In this document: positions 28,309-39,000 of the stretch, piece after piece
Position numbering within the stretch: position 1 is the first letter of the stretch
Layout of the letters: every line of letters begins with the position of its first letter
Source: an uncultured Phycisphaerales bacterium
GTDB lineage: Bacteria > Planctomycetota > Phycisphaerae > Tepidisphaerales > Tepidisphaeraceae
Assembly (NCBI GenBank): GCA_963755915.1
Contig: CAVWLP010000003.1
Span: 480,001-544,000, forward strand
Direction of reading: 5' to 3'
Length of the DNA stretch: 64,000 nt
Position numbers and translations under genes: made by a program
Notes under the pieces: model-generated
What the model saw: only the letters and a program-made list of their open reading frames with translations
The model's database searches: none
Told to the model about the DNA's origin: nothing

Positions 28309-29352
28309 TTACTTTCCATTGGCTTGAATTTCCTGCTGCGTCGGAAGGTAGACGATTGCGCCCTGAGGTAGCGTGCCGTCGACCAATGCTGGATTTTTGT
28401 TTTGGACCATTTTTTTGAATGCAGCCGCCTCTGGGCGATCAGCATCCGCGATGCTCTGATCCGTGTGTTCGATCTGCCAGTAAATGTACCGATTGCTTAT
28501 TTCGTCAAGTGTCTCGTGTGGGCCAGCAATAAGGAATGAATCCGTAAGCCATCGGAGCCTGGCGGCCGGTAGACCGTCGAGAAGCGCTTCGCGATGTATT
28601 TCGAGATCGGGATAAAGCGGCTGCGCCGACTCCTGTGCCATCCCATTCCGTTCCGTCGTGCTGAATTCGATGATTGCCGGAGCCTTGAGATCACCGGTCA
28701 ATGTAGCTTTTGCATCCGACGTAAATGCTTCACATTCTATTCCGCTTTTGCCGCAACATTCGCTGGGGCCTTCGCCGATGACCTGCCAGCGATTGTTCGG
28801 GCCGTGAAGAGCATAGAGCCGGCACTGCGTGACGTCATGTCCAGAGCCGAAAGAATCACATTGGATGCCGATCTCATAAAGATCCCATTCACCGCGGCGT
28901 TGGAGAATCCTGGCGTAATCCCCAGAGCCGCTATCACTGATCGGTTTTACGCTGACGAGCTGGAGATCACGCACTACACGATCGAGTATTTCGGCGGTGA
29001 CAAGGCCGTCACGATCCCGTTCGATCTCGTCGGCTCTGCCGTGACGCAGGAGAGCCCAAAACGGCAAACCTTGGGCAAATCGTACCCATTGAGGCGAACC
29101 GACGGTGAAAGCGGGTGTGCCATTCGCGCCGGTTTTCACCCACAACCAGTCCGAATTCCAGATTATCGTGGGTTTGGTCGCCGCAATCAGGCTTTGCAGG
29201 GAATTCGCACGCGCCACTATCTTCGGCGGCGGAGTGAATTTATCGAAAACAAACGCCTTGTTCGGATCAGGATGGTCCTGTCGGGGCGCCTCTCCTGAAA
29301 AGCACCCTGTCGCGGAGAACCCGATACAAAGGACCGCTGAGATAAATCGCAT
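28309..29352 (-). CDS. Secreted/lipoprotein of unknown family, paralog of N-terminal part of 25701..27861
   Basis: Signal with ATGC lipobox-like motif; shared motifs (RWQVIGEGP vs RWHLLGEGP); C-terminal LysM-like ETLDEISNRY..NPAL..LPQGAIVYLP. Confidence 0.75.
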   Translation of the reverse strand: MRFISAVLCIGFSATGCFSGEAPRQDHPDPNKAFVFDKFTPPPKIVARANSLQSLIAATKPTIIWNSDWLWVKTGANGTPAFTVGSPQWVRFAQGLPFWALLRHGRADEIERDRDGLVTAEILDRVVRDLQLVSVKPISDSGSGDYARILQRRGEWDLYEIGIQCDSFGSGHDVTQCRLYALHGPNNRWQVIGEGPSECCGKSGIECEAFTSDAKATLTGDLKAPAIIEFSTTERNGMAQESAQPLYPDLEIHREALLDGLPAARLRWLTDSFLIAGPHETLDEISNRYIYWQIEHTDQSIADADRPEAAAFKKMVQNKNPALVDGTLPQGAIVYLPTQQEIQANGK

Positions 29353-29599
29353 ATAGCCATCCTTGGCCTATTCGGCATCAACGCTTCATCTTATTTTTTC
29401 GGGTAAACTTACCTGCCGTCATTGATTGCCTTCACCAACTATTTTGTTTTCATGTGTCAAATCAGACGCGCGCCTGTTTCCACTTTTATGAAGCGCATTG
29501 CGCCCACATTCTCAAATCCATTCGAGTTGCGGGCATATTTGCATTAGACCCTGTCCGGTTGCATGTGGTGTCGGTCTTGCGAGGAACCGCGCTCAGAAA

Positions 29600-30298
29600 T
29601 TACGGTTTCATTTCCCTGGTCCTGTTGACCGCGTCGGCTGCTTGATGCGGGTCGTACATGCCGAAGAATCGCAACACCGCCTGCTTCACATTTTCGCATT
29701 CGGAGGCCACGTCTGGTTCGTACACATAGGAGAACCCGTCTTCAGCGCCCTCAAGTTTAATGCTGTAGTCGGTACAGTAAAGGTCGGGAAGCGGGTAAAA
29801 GCGGAATTTAGCATCCGCTTCCCGAAAGGCAGCAAGCCGACGCGTCTCATCCGGCGTTGTTGCAATGTAATCATCAAACTTATGTGGGATGTCGGCAATA
29901 TTGAGCGCTAATGTATCGCGCACCTTTTGGGTCGCGACATTCGCCGCAGCCAAATGCTCGTATTCGTCCATCGACAGTTTCGGGGCGAGCCGCAACGTGA
30001 GGCGATAGGTTCGTTCCGTTGTGGGTTGCGGAATTGTCGAGGGAGCCGTTGATGTCAACGCTTGCCCGTTGATCTCAGCGCTTGCCCATTGAACGATCTT
30101 GTTGCGCTGAATGACGATGTCATTTCCGTTGCTGACGACGGTCCATCCGTTTGGGACAAGAAGGCGAATCCGCGCCGACCAACGGTCAACATCCGCCTTG
30201 GGTATGGTTCGCTCGACTGGTTCGACCTTGTCGGCTGAGATCGCTATCGCAACGGTTGAGAGCAGTATAAAACCACCGAGAATGAAACGATAAAGCAT
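29600..30298 (-). CDS. Hypothetical secreted protein
   Basis: GGAG RBS; signal MLYRFILGGFILLSTVAIA; 232 aa. Confidence 0.7.
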   Translation of the reverse strand: MLYRFILGGFILLSTVAIAISADKVEPVERTIPKADVDRWSARIRLLVPNGWTVVSNGNDIVIQRNKIVQWASAEINGQALTSTAPSTIPQPTTERTYRLTLRLAPKLSMDEYEHLAAANVATQKVRDTLALNIADIPHKFDDYIATTPDETRRLAAFREADAKFRFYPLPDLYCTDYSIKLEGAEDGFSYVYEPDVASECENVKQAVLRFFGMYDPHQAADAVNRTREMKP

Positions 30299-30470
30299 TT
30301 TGCTCCAATCGCATAATGGTCTGTGCTTGGCGCCGTGATACCTAGTGCGGCCATGTATTAATAAACAAGCTAAGCTAATAATTCGATACGAGCCAGTCCA
30401 CATTAAAGAGTGGCATTTCCAACCATCTTGTTTAAGGCTGGCATGACAGCCAGCCTCAATGGACAAGCGC

Positions 30471-33400
30471 TCAATGAAAATCCCTGGAGCGCAAGGAACA
30501 GTTGGAGACCAACTCGGTAAGGTCATGCAAGCGCACCGCCATGACGTGCTGCACCTGGCCCTGGCGTTCGACATAACCATCGGCTTGAAGCACGGAAGCA
30601 TTTCTCGCGGCGTTCCGGCAGCGGTCGTAAACGTCAGGCCGGATAATTAAATTCACGATGCCCGTCTCATCCTCCAGCGTTTCAAACACGATTCCCTTGG
30701 CGGTGCCAGGGCGCTGGCGAATGATGACCACACCGGCCACGCTCACCCATCTTCCGTGTGGGCGGTTCCATACCTCGGCGGCGGGAATCACCTTGCGGCG
30801 TGTCAATTCCGTTCGGATGAGCTGAACCGGATGGCCTTTGAGCGATAGGCCGGTCGTTCCGTAGTCGGCATGAATCTCCTGGCCCAAGTTCATCAGTGGA
30901 AGAGCTGGCGCGGCATTCTCGGCTGGCGGCATCGCCAGTGGCCCGCGCTCCTCTGGCAGCGCGAGCGTTTCCCACAATGCGACCCTGCGCAACCTGGGCA
31001 GCGCCGCGAAGGCGTCGGCCTCGGATAGTTTTGCAACGGCAGAAACCGGAAGCTCAGTCGCCGCATGGAATTCGTCGATTGAGCGAAACGGGCCGTGCTG
31101 ACCTCGGCGTTCGACAATTTGCTGCGCGTGGACTGCTTGCAGTCCCTTTATCATGCGGAAGCCAAGCCGTACGGCGGGACCACCGATCCCCCAAGTCCGT
31201 TTGTCCGCCGTGCGTACAGACGCCGGCGAATCGACTGCACTCTCCAAAGCGCAATCCCAATCGCTCCGATTCACCTCGATCGCTCGCACTTCGACCCCAT
31301 GCTCTCGTGCGTCTCGCACGATCTGCGCCGGCGCATAAAATCCCATCGGCTGACTGTTGAGCAGCGCGCAGCAGAAGGCCGCCGGGTGATACCGTTTAAT
31401 CCACGCGCTGGCGTAGACAAGCAGTGCGAAAGAAGCTGCGTGGCTTTCGGGGAAGCCGTATTCGCCAAAACCCTTGATCTGATTGAAGCAGCGCTCGGCG
31501 AAATCGCGCTCGTAGCCGTTGGCCAGCATTCCATCAATCATCTTCTGCTGAAACTTTTCAATGCTGCCCGCGTGCCGCCATGCGGCCATCGCGCGGCGTA
31601 ACTGGTCGGCTTCTCCGGCGGTAAATCCCGCCGCGACCATCGCCATCTTCATCGCTTGTTCCTGAAATAATGGAACACCGAGCGTCTTGCCAAGCACCGC
31701 CTCCAATTCGGGCTTGGGAAAACTCACTGGCTCGATCCCGTCGCGGCGGCGCAGATAAGGGTGAACCATATCACCCTGTATCGGCCCTGGTCTGACAATT
31801 GCGACCTCAATCACCAAATCATAAAACTTGTTGGGGCGCAGTCGCGGCAGCATGGACATTTGCGCCCGGCTCTCGATCTGAAAGACGCCGACGGTGTCGG
31901 CGTCACTGACCATCGCGTACACGCCGGGGTCTTCGGGCGGAATCGTATGAAGCTCAATCGGCGGCTGCGTCGGATGCGTGTCGTTGATGAGCTTCATTCC
32001 TTTGGCCAGCGCCGTCAGCATCCCCAGCGCCAGCACGTCCACTTTGAGAATGCCGATGGCGTCGATGTCGTCCTTGTCCCACTCGATCACCGTGCGATCC
32101 GCCATACTGGCATTTTCGATTGGGACCAACTCGCACAACGGCCCGCGCGTCATCACCATTCCGCCGACGTGCTGTGACAAATGCCTTGGGAACCCGAGTA
32201 ATTCGCGCGTCGAGCGCGACGACCAACCGCACGGTGCGGTCGGTGGGGTCCAATCCTGCTTCTCGAACCTGCTCATCCAGCCGCGCGCCGCTGGACCATC
32301 CTTCGAGGCGTTTGGCTAACGCATCCACAGCGTCAAGGCCCAATCCCATTGCCTTACCTACGTCCCTCACGGCGGATCGACCGCGGTAGCTAATGACTTC
32401 CGCCGTCATGCCCGCGCTCGCGGCCATATTTTTCGTAGAGATATTGAAGCACCTCCTCGCGGCGTTCATGCTCAAAGTCAACGTCGATGTCTGGTGGTTC
32501 GTCGCGGGCGGCGCTGACGAACCGCTCAAAGAGCACGTCAATCCGGTTGGGATCAACGGACGTGACGCCCAGACAATAGCAGACGGCGGAATTCGCGGCG
32601 GAGCCGCGCCCCTGGCAAAGAATCCCGCGCGAGCGGGCGAAGCGGACCAGATCGAAAACTGTCAGGAAATACGGCTCGATCTTGAGTTCCTCGATCAGCG
32701 TCAACTCATAAACGATCTGCTGAAGGACCTTTTCAGGAATGCCCTGCGGATAGCGACCGGCGGCGCCAGCCGAAGTGAGTTCAGCCAGATATGATGCCGG
32801 TGTTTTGCCCTGCGGCACGATCTCATCCGGGTATTCGTAGCGCAGCTCATCAAGCGAGAACGCGCAGCATTCGGCGATCTCGACCGTCCTTCGCAGCGCG
32901 GCCGGAAAGTCATTGAATAGGCGGTGCATATCTTCCGGCGGCTTGATGAATCGCTCGCCGTTCGGAAAGAGACGGAATCCCGCGTCGTGAATCGTACAGC
33001 CGTGGCGAACGCAAGTGAGCACATCCTGGAGCGTTTGCCGGTGCTCATCGTGATAGTGGACCTGATTGGTGGCCAGAAGCGGAACGCCGTAGGTGCGGCT
33101 TACCGATTCGGCATGGCGCAATATCATTCGGTCCAACGGCCCATACACACGCGACGCCGCGATTGACAGTCCTCGACCGAAGGCATCCCGCAACGCTCCT
33201 GCTGCGGTGTCGATCGCGGCTGAAACGGGTTCGCCGACCTGTGGATCAATGGACCGGCAAACCAGCGCCGCTAAAAGGCCCGTTGGCACTGAAAGCAAAT
33301 CTTGAAGATGAAGAATACAGGAACCTTTTTCAGCCCTGCGTTTGCCCGTGGTCAGCAGACGGCACAGGCTGGCGTAGCCAGCGCGATTCTCAACCCACAC

Positions 33401-33715
33401 CAGAACATCGGGCGCATCGACGAAGCGTAGACGCGCTCCGACACAAAGTTTGATCCCCGCTTCCTTCGCGGCCTGGTGTGCGCGGACGACGCCGGCAACG
33501 CTGTTTATATCTGTGACGGCGATGGCGGTATATCCAAGCTCGGCGGCGCGATAGACCAATTCATCGGGATGCGACGCGCCGCGCAGGAATGAAAAGTTGG
33601 TCGTCACGTCCAGTTCCGCGTAGGGACAGGACGATGAGCCGCGCGCCGATGTTGGCGGCGGAACCACGGGCGATGTTTGGGATTGGCCGTTTCGGGCATA
33701 AGGAATTCCCGCCAT
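30471..33715 (-). CDS. dnaE2: Error-prone DNA polymerase DnaE2 (ImuC); frameshifts near 32415 and 32210
   Basis: YAELDVTTNFSFLRGASHP, GRGSAANSAVCYCLG, PPDIDVDFEHERREE, HLSQHVGG, FGEYGFPESHAASFA, C-terminal SRDFH. Confidence 0.95.
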
Positions 33716-35210
33716 CACTCGAATATCCCGTGCAAAAACCATCGTCCGCTTTGAGGAACGCGGAAGATCCAATACCGACCGCCGACGACATCCAGAACAT
33801 CGAAGTAGTCGCGGGTCTTCCACCGCCCGTTCCACCATTGGCCGGTGATTCGCTCCGGTCCCCGGATGTGGTCGAGCCGATGAACTTCGCCGTAGTCAGT
33901 GAACGAGACGGGTTCGCCATTGCGGCTCTCCGACGGCCTGACAATTACTTTGATGGAACTCGGCTCGCGCAGCAGCCGGAGCGGGCGAAGAAGATCAACC
34001 GCGCCGCGCGCCCGGGCGCATCCGCCTTCCCGACAGTGGACCGGCATCGACTGGCGTTTTCAGGGAGATTGGATTCGATCAATTCTCCCCACTCGACGCC
34101 GCGATCTAGCCGCGCGCGCAGTCGTTCGACCAAATGATCCAGTTCGGCCGCGTCGCGTTCTTCTTCTCCACCGATTAACGCGGCCTGCTCGTCACCCAAA
34201 CGTTCCTCCGCAACGACGGCCAACGTCGCGGCCACAAAACCCTCGCTGGCTTCCAGATTTTCAATCGCGCAACAAATCAGCTTCACCAGTGCTGATTCGT
34301 TGCGGCACGGGCGCACCAACCGGATAACTTTCTCGACAGGCGAGGCATATGGCTGGCGGAACGTCAGGCGCAGTTCCCGTGCCCCCTGGCCATGCGCGGT
34401 AAGCTCCGCGGCGATTTGCCTTGTAAGCTCCTGCACCGCGAAATGAATTGCGTCGAGCGATTCAATAGCGCCTTCAAATTCGAGCGTCGCCCGAATGGGC
34501 GAGCGATGGACCAGGTACGTTAGCGGCTCATGCACAGTGCCGGTCGCCTGGTCGATCCGCATCAGGATCGCCGGTCCGAAGCGAACTGCGAGGTCGTTGC
34601 GAGAAAGTTGAAGCAGCGAGCCAATCGTCTGTACGCCCAAAGCAGATAAGGCGCCAACCGTCTTGCTATCCAGCCGCAACGCCTCTGGCGGAAGCGGCGA
34701 CAACGCGGGAAGTACCTGCTCATTTATGACAATGTGCGATCCGTTCGTGCCAAACGCGGCCAGCACCCAAGCCGCTCCGGGCGTCGGCGCGATCGTCACT
34801 GCGGCAGTCACGCGCAGCAAAGCGAGCACTTGAGCAACTCGACGGCGAAAGTTCTCAAAGCCGCCGTACAGACGTTCCAAACCTGTCGCATCGAGAAAAA
34901 GGGATGACGGGGGATAGACGCACACGCCTGGGCTGAATCGCATCAGCCAGTGTCCCATCGCTTCGAGGGAGCGCAGGTCCGCCGCCGCCGGCGCCGGAAG
35001 ATCCAACAGCGCCGCATGACGTGCTCTTGCCGCTGCCAGCGCCATTCCCGGATAAATATCGGCCGGCGTTTCCGGGCTGACGTGAACGATGGTCTGCCGG
35101 TTGCCGCTGGTTTCGATCAGGACCAGCGGTTTACGCCGTAGCTCGGGCCGTCGCCGGCGCAGCCGGTCGATCGGCCAGTGGCGCAGATATGCGCAAAGCA
35201 CGTGTCTCAC
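33715..35210 (-). CDS. imuB: ImuB (inactive Y-family polymerase); frameshift near 34000-34050
   Basis: WPIDRLRR, GMALAAARA, RFSP..LFLDATG, IAPTPGAAW, C-terminal GPERITGQWW..RDYF..WFLHGIFE; TGATG coupling to dnaE2. Confidence 0.9.
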
Positions 35211-35838
35211 GGTCCACCTCCAGTAGAAGGACTTTTCCGACCTGTCCTCCGTGACCGTGAAGAAGTTCCACGCTCCATCGTTGCACCTGGTCGCTGCCGG
35301 GCGCGGGCTGGATAAGCCAGCGCGTGGCCGCCGCGTAATAGTTGCTGATCCCCGGCATAGGGGCGCATGAAAAGCCCCACGCCGCCCCCACGCTCGGCGG
35401 CGAGTTGCAGCTGCCGCGCCTCGATCTGGCTCAGACGTTGAATGAACGCGACGGTCGCGCCGACGCCGCGACAGCGCAAGCACTCGGCCAGCGCCCAAAG
35501 CTGGTCCGCGCAATTCGCGCAGCGCAGCAGGACCAAATTCCGAAGGTTGATTCCTGCGGCCGACAGGGCGGGCAGGTGAAGCTCGCGCTCTGGATCGCTC
35601 CAAGCAATCGCGCCACCGTTTTTCTGCGCTGCCCTGGCAAGCAGTAATGCGAGCGACTTAGGATAGGTCGATTGCCGTGGCCAGAGCAGTTCATGTACTG
35701 CGCCGCCTTGGAATGCCGCGTTGGGTGCAATTTCGTCGAGCCCTCCAAGCCGGTGCGAAAGCTGCGGCAACGAACGTGCGAGACTTGCTTTTCAGCAAGG
35801 GCACGGCGCAGCTCATCCTTATCAGTCGTTATCCGCAC
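35131..35838 (-). CDS. imuA: ImuA (RecA-like mutagenesis protein); frameshifts near 35742 and 35360
   Basis: FRTGL..LDEI, GAVHEL, DPERELHLPAL, LWALAECLRC, RQLQLAAERGG, AATRWLIQPAP; C-terminus overlaps the imuB start. Confidence 0.85.
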
Positions 35839-35857
35839 GACAAACCCTCTTCCCGTT

Positions 35858-35901
35858 GTTCGCTATATGTTAGGGTAACGATCCGAGCCGGGTTTCGTCA
35901 A
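35858..35901 (-). promoter_or_regulatory. Candidate imuA promoter with LexA-box-like site
   Basis: Minus strand TTGACG-18nt-TACCCT, overlapped by TAAC-N7-GAAC (one mismatch to the alphaproteobacterial GAAC-N7-GAAC box). Confidence 0.35.
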
Positions 35902-36057
35902 TCCCGCGCCCTTTGGGTTTGTTCAATGACGATGCAATGGCGGATTTCGCAATGGAAATGGATGGCGCAGAAAGATCGGCGGTTGAAGAAGGAGGGGGAA
36001 CCTTCGTCGAGGACTACCGCCGATCCGCAACTGATTGCCAATACCTTCGGAGGTTCG

Positions 36058-36100
36058 TAGCGGGGGGAGGATTCGAACCTCCGACCTCCAGGTTATGAGC
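36058..36100 (-). tRNA. 3' half of tRNA-Met(CAT), initiator-like; partial copy = probable att site
   Basis: GCTCATAACCTGGAGGTCGGAGGTTCGAATCCTCCCCCCGCTA: anticodon loop, T arm and 3' acceptor strand present; 5' half and D arm absent. Confidence 0.85.
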
Positions 36101-36595
36101 GTGATCCGCTCAAAACCATAAGTTCCAGATGCCGCCGTTATTTGCAGCGACAGCAGTGACATACATTCACTGCTCCTGATGTCCCATGGTAAGCATATTT
36201 GCCATGTTTTTCAATTCATATGGGGCAGGAATACGGTCAGCCTCCGAGGTAAATACCCGAGGAACAAAGCAACGAACAAAGAGATGGAGAGATTACGCGA
36301 CACACCTCAGCAGGTCGGTTCTTTTTAAGATCGCTGCAGACAAATCGGGATCGATATTTGTGTAGTTTCAATTGATCAAATGATTCGTGTCCCGCGGATT
36401 CCTGAACAGCCCACTGATCAGCGCGTTTTCAAGTTGTGCGATTAGTTATCGCTTCCATCGGCCCATTTGCCACTTGTCTTTGTTTCTTCGAATGCTCATG
36501 ACTATTGCGCCCGCGCGAACGAGCGCAATTAAAAGATTTGACGTTCCGCCTGAGCGACGATTTCCATAGGCTCTACTTACTTCAGGAGATTGCAT

Positions 36596-36793
36596 ATGGC
36601 GAAATACGGCAAGACGGCTGGAAAGAAAGTGGAGCGAGCGATGCACGAGCGCAAGAAAGGCACGCTTAAAAGCGGCCGCAGTGGCAAAAAGGTGAAGAGC
36701 CGCAAACAGGCGATCGCCATCGGGCTGTCCGAGGCACGCAAAGCCGGCGCTAAGGTGCCCAAGAAAGGCAATACACGAAAAAAGACCTCGTAA
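36596..36793 (+). CDS. DUF6496 domain small basic protein
   Basis: KKVERAMHERKKGTLKSGRSGKKVKSRKQAIAIGLSEARKAG; AGGAG RBS. Confidence 0.9.
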   Translation: MAKYGKTAGKKVERAMHERKKGTLKSGRSGKKVKSRKQAIAIGLSEARKAGAKVPKKGNTRKKTS

Positions 36794-36947
36794 TCAGATT
36801 GACCACGAGTAAACAAGTCATCGCTTTCGGATTCAAAGGCGTTTTGCAAAGATCGTCGAACTTGAGAACCGGTAGAAGATCGAGAAGAAAATTTCTGCCA
36901 GCGAAGAGGCAATAAACCTCTTTGGAGAATGACTAAAATTATTCGTC

Positions 36948-37718
36948 ATGCCCGTTACATTGGATTGGCAACATGTGGCGCTTCGTCTAATCCTGACCGT
37001 TGTGGCGGGACTGGTGATCGGTTTCAACCGCGGCGAGCATGGCCGGCCAGCGGGAATGCGAACGACGCTCTTGGTCTGTCTTGCCGCGTCACTGTCGATG
37101 ATACAAGCCAATTTGCTGATGAACAGCGTTGGCAAGACCCATGATTCTTTCGTGGTTTTGGACCTGATGCGATTACCCTTGGGAATTCTCTCAGGGATGG
37201 GCTTTATCGGCGCCGGCGCCATCTTACGAAAAGACAATCTGGTTCTTGGAGTGACCACGGCGGCGACGTTGTGGTTCACAACGATGATGGGTCTGTGCTT
37301 CGGAGGTGGTCAGCTCCTATTAGGAATAACCGCGCTCTTTCTCGGGTTGGGGACGCTGTGGGGTCTTAAATATATAGAAAACGGTATTCGGCAGGATGTT
37401 CGGGCAACACTGACGCTGGCAATTGCCAAGACTGGACCATCCGACGACGAAATTCGGAACTGTATCGCGATTAGCGGATGCACGATTATTTCATGGGGAG
37501 TCGAATATGGAAATCGGGGTCAGTTAAGAGAGGTCAACACCGAGATTCAGTGCCGAGTCCTTCCGAGGGAAACCAGACCACCAGATTTTGTATCAACGCT
37601 TGCACAGAACCCGGAAATTCAAGCGGTCAAGTGGCATCCCCAGGGGATTTCCCGAGGCGCCGAATTAAAGCGGCCTGAACCAAAAGGCACCCCTGTCGCG
37701 CTATCAGAACCGAAATGA
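36948..37718 (+). CDS. MgtC/SapB family membrane protein
   Basis: IGFNR..RPAGMRTTLLVCL, ILSGMGFIGAGAIL, GVTTAATLW. Confidence 0.9.
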   Translation: MPVTLDWQHVALRLILTVVAGLVIGFNRGEHGRPAGMRTTLLVCLAASLSMIQANLLMNSVGKTHDSFVVLDLMRLPLGILSGMGFIGAGAILRKDNLVLGVTTAATLWFTTMMGLCFGGGQLLLGITALFLGLGTLWGLKYIENGIRQDVRATLTLAIAKTGPSDDEIRNCIAISGCTIISWGVEYGNRGQLREVNTEIQCRVLPRETRPPDFVSTLAQNPEIQAVKWHPQGISRGAELKRPEPKGTPVALSEPK

Positions 37719-37881
37719 TCACGTCGGATTAGCTGACGAATAGATTTCGATATGAGGTCGCTTCGACAGCCTTTGGAGTATTTCTACCAGCGAATTTTTA
37801 CCATTCCGTTGTTCAAGGCAGGCTCGTAAAAAAGAGTCTTGGCGTTTGGAGAATTGAGTAACGAAGAATCGAGGAGAAAAC

Positions 37882-38913
37882 ATGAACAACGATCAAGCAA
37901 AGGTCTCGCGCCGCGAGATGGTTCGCGCGGGGACGGGCTTCCTTGCCGCGTCCGCACTGATGGCGATCGCTTCGCCCGTCATATCTAACGCCGAAGAAAA
38001 TATATCATCAGATGCGACCCCAAATGGCGCGCCGCCGATGCAGGACCCATTGATCCAATATCCTAAACCGCCTTTTAAACCACAGCATCAAGAACCGCCC
38101 GGACTCGCGTCCAAAATGGACCCGCGCCCCGATCACGGTGAGACCAGCTATAAAGGATCGGGCAAACTTGCCGGCCGGAAAGCCCTGATAACCGGCGGCG
38201 ATTCGGGTATTGGTCGCGCTGCCGCCATCGCGTTTGCCCGCGAAGGGGCTGACGTCGCGTTCGGATACCTCCCGGTGGAACAACCCGATGCCGATGACGT
38301 AATTGAGCTCATCCGCGGCGCCGGCCGTAAAGTTGTCCCATTGCCTGGAGACATTCGTGACGAAAAGTTTTGCCAGCAATTGGTGGCCGATGCTGTCGGT
38401 CAACTGGGCGGACTCGACATTCTCGTGAGCAATGCTGGCAAGCAGGTCTATCAAGAATCCCTGTTGGATATAACGACGGAGCAAATGGACGCGACGTTCC
38501 GCACGAATGTGTACGCGATGGTCTGGATTACCAAAGCGGCTCTTCCATATCTGAAACCCGGTGCATCGATCATCTGCACGACTTCAATCAACGCATACGA
38601 TCCATCGCCAGGCATTCTGGATTACGCGATGACGAAAGGTGCGATAGCGATATTTATTAAGGGACTGTCAAAGCAATTAATTCCCAGGGGCATTCGCGTG
38701 AACGGTGTCGCCCCCGGGCCGATCTGGACACCGCTGCAACCCAGTGGCGGCCAATCCCCGGACAAGCTGGTGCAATTCGGCAGCACTGTGCCAATGGGAC
38801 GACCCGGCCAGCCCGCGGAACTCGCGGCAACGTACGTCCTTCTGGCCTCTCAGCAATCAAGTTATGTAAGCGGCGAGATCTACGGAATCACCGGCGGCCA
38901 TCCAATCGCATAG
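37882..38913 (+). CDS. SDR oxidoreductase (YghA-like) with Tat-like signal
   Basis: SRREMV + hydrophobic stretch; PDHGETSYKGSGKL, TGGDSGIG, YAMTK. Confidence 0.92.
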   Translation: MNNDQAKVSRREMVRAGTGFLAASALMAIASPVISNAEENISSDATPNGAPPMQDPLIQYPKPPFKPQHQEPPGLASKMDPRPDHGETSYKGSGKLAGRKALITGGDSGIGRAAAIAFAREGADVAFGYLPVEQPDADDVIELIRGAGRKVVPLPGDIRDEKFCQQLVADAVGQLGGLDILVSNAGKQVYQESLLDITTEQMDATFRTNVYAMVWITKAALPYLKPGASIICTTSINAYDPSPGILDYAMTKGAIAIFIKGLSKQLIPRGIRVNGVAPGPIWTPLQPSGGQSPDKLVQFGSTVPMGRPGQPAELAATYVLLASQQSSYVSGEIYGITGGHPIA

Positions 38914-39000
38914 ATGCAAGCGATTCATCAAATGTGATCCCGATGAGCCAATATTTGGCAAACTTTCAATAGTGTCAAAACAATCAACATGAGGTTTCCA

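Larger units (their letters stand above)
1..36057. mobile_element. Tn4371-like integrative conjugative element (partial; left end outside window, right boundary inferred from tRNA-Met fragment)
   Basis: P-type trb genes, DUF2274, RHH protein, TraG coupling protein, DUF3363-type relaxase, parB/ssb/DUF932. No integrase in the window, so the boundaries are inference. Confidence 0.7.

Noticed and set aside
25700-30400. Integron cassette array explaining the orphan genes
   Set aside because: No repeated attC-like sites or integron integrase seen.
36058-36135. Complete functional tRNA-Met
   Set aside because: 5' acceptor strand, D arm and 5' anticodon stem are missing.
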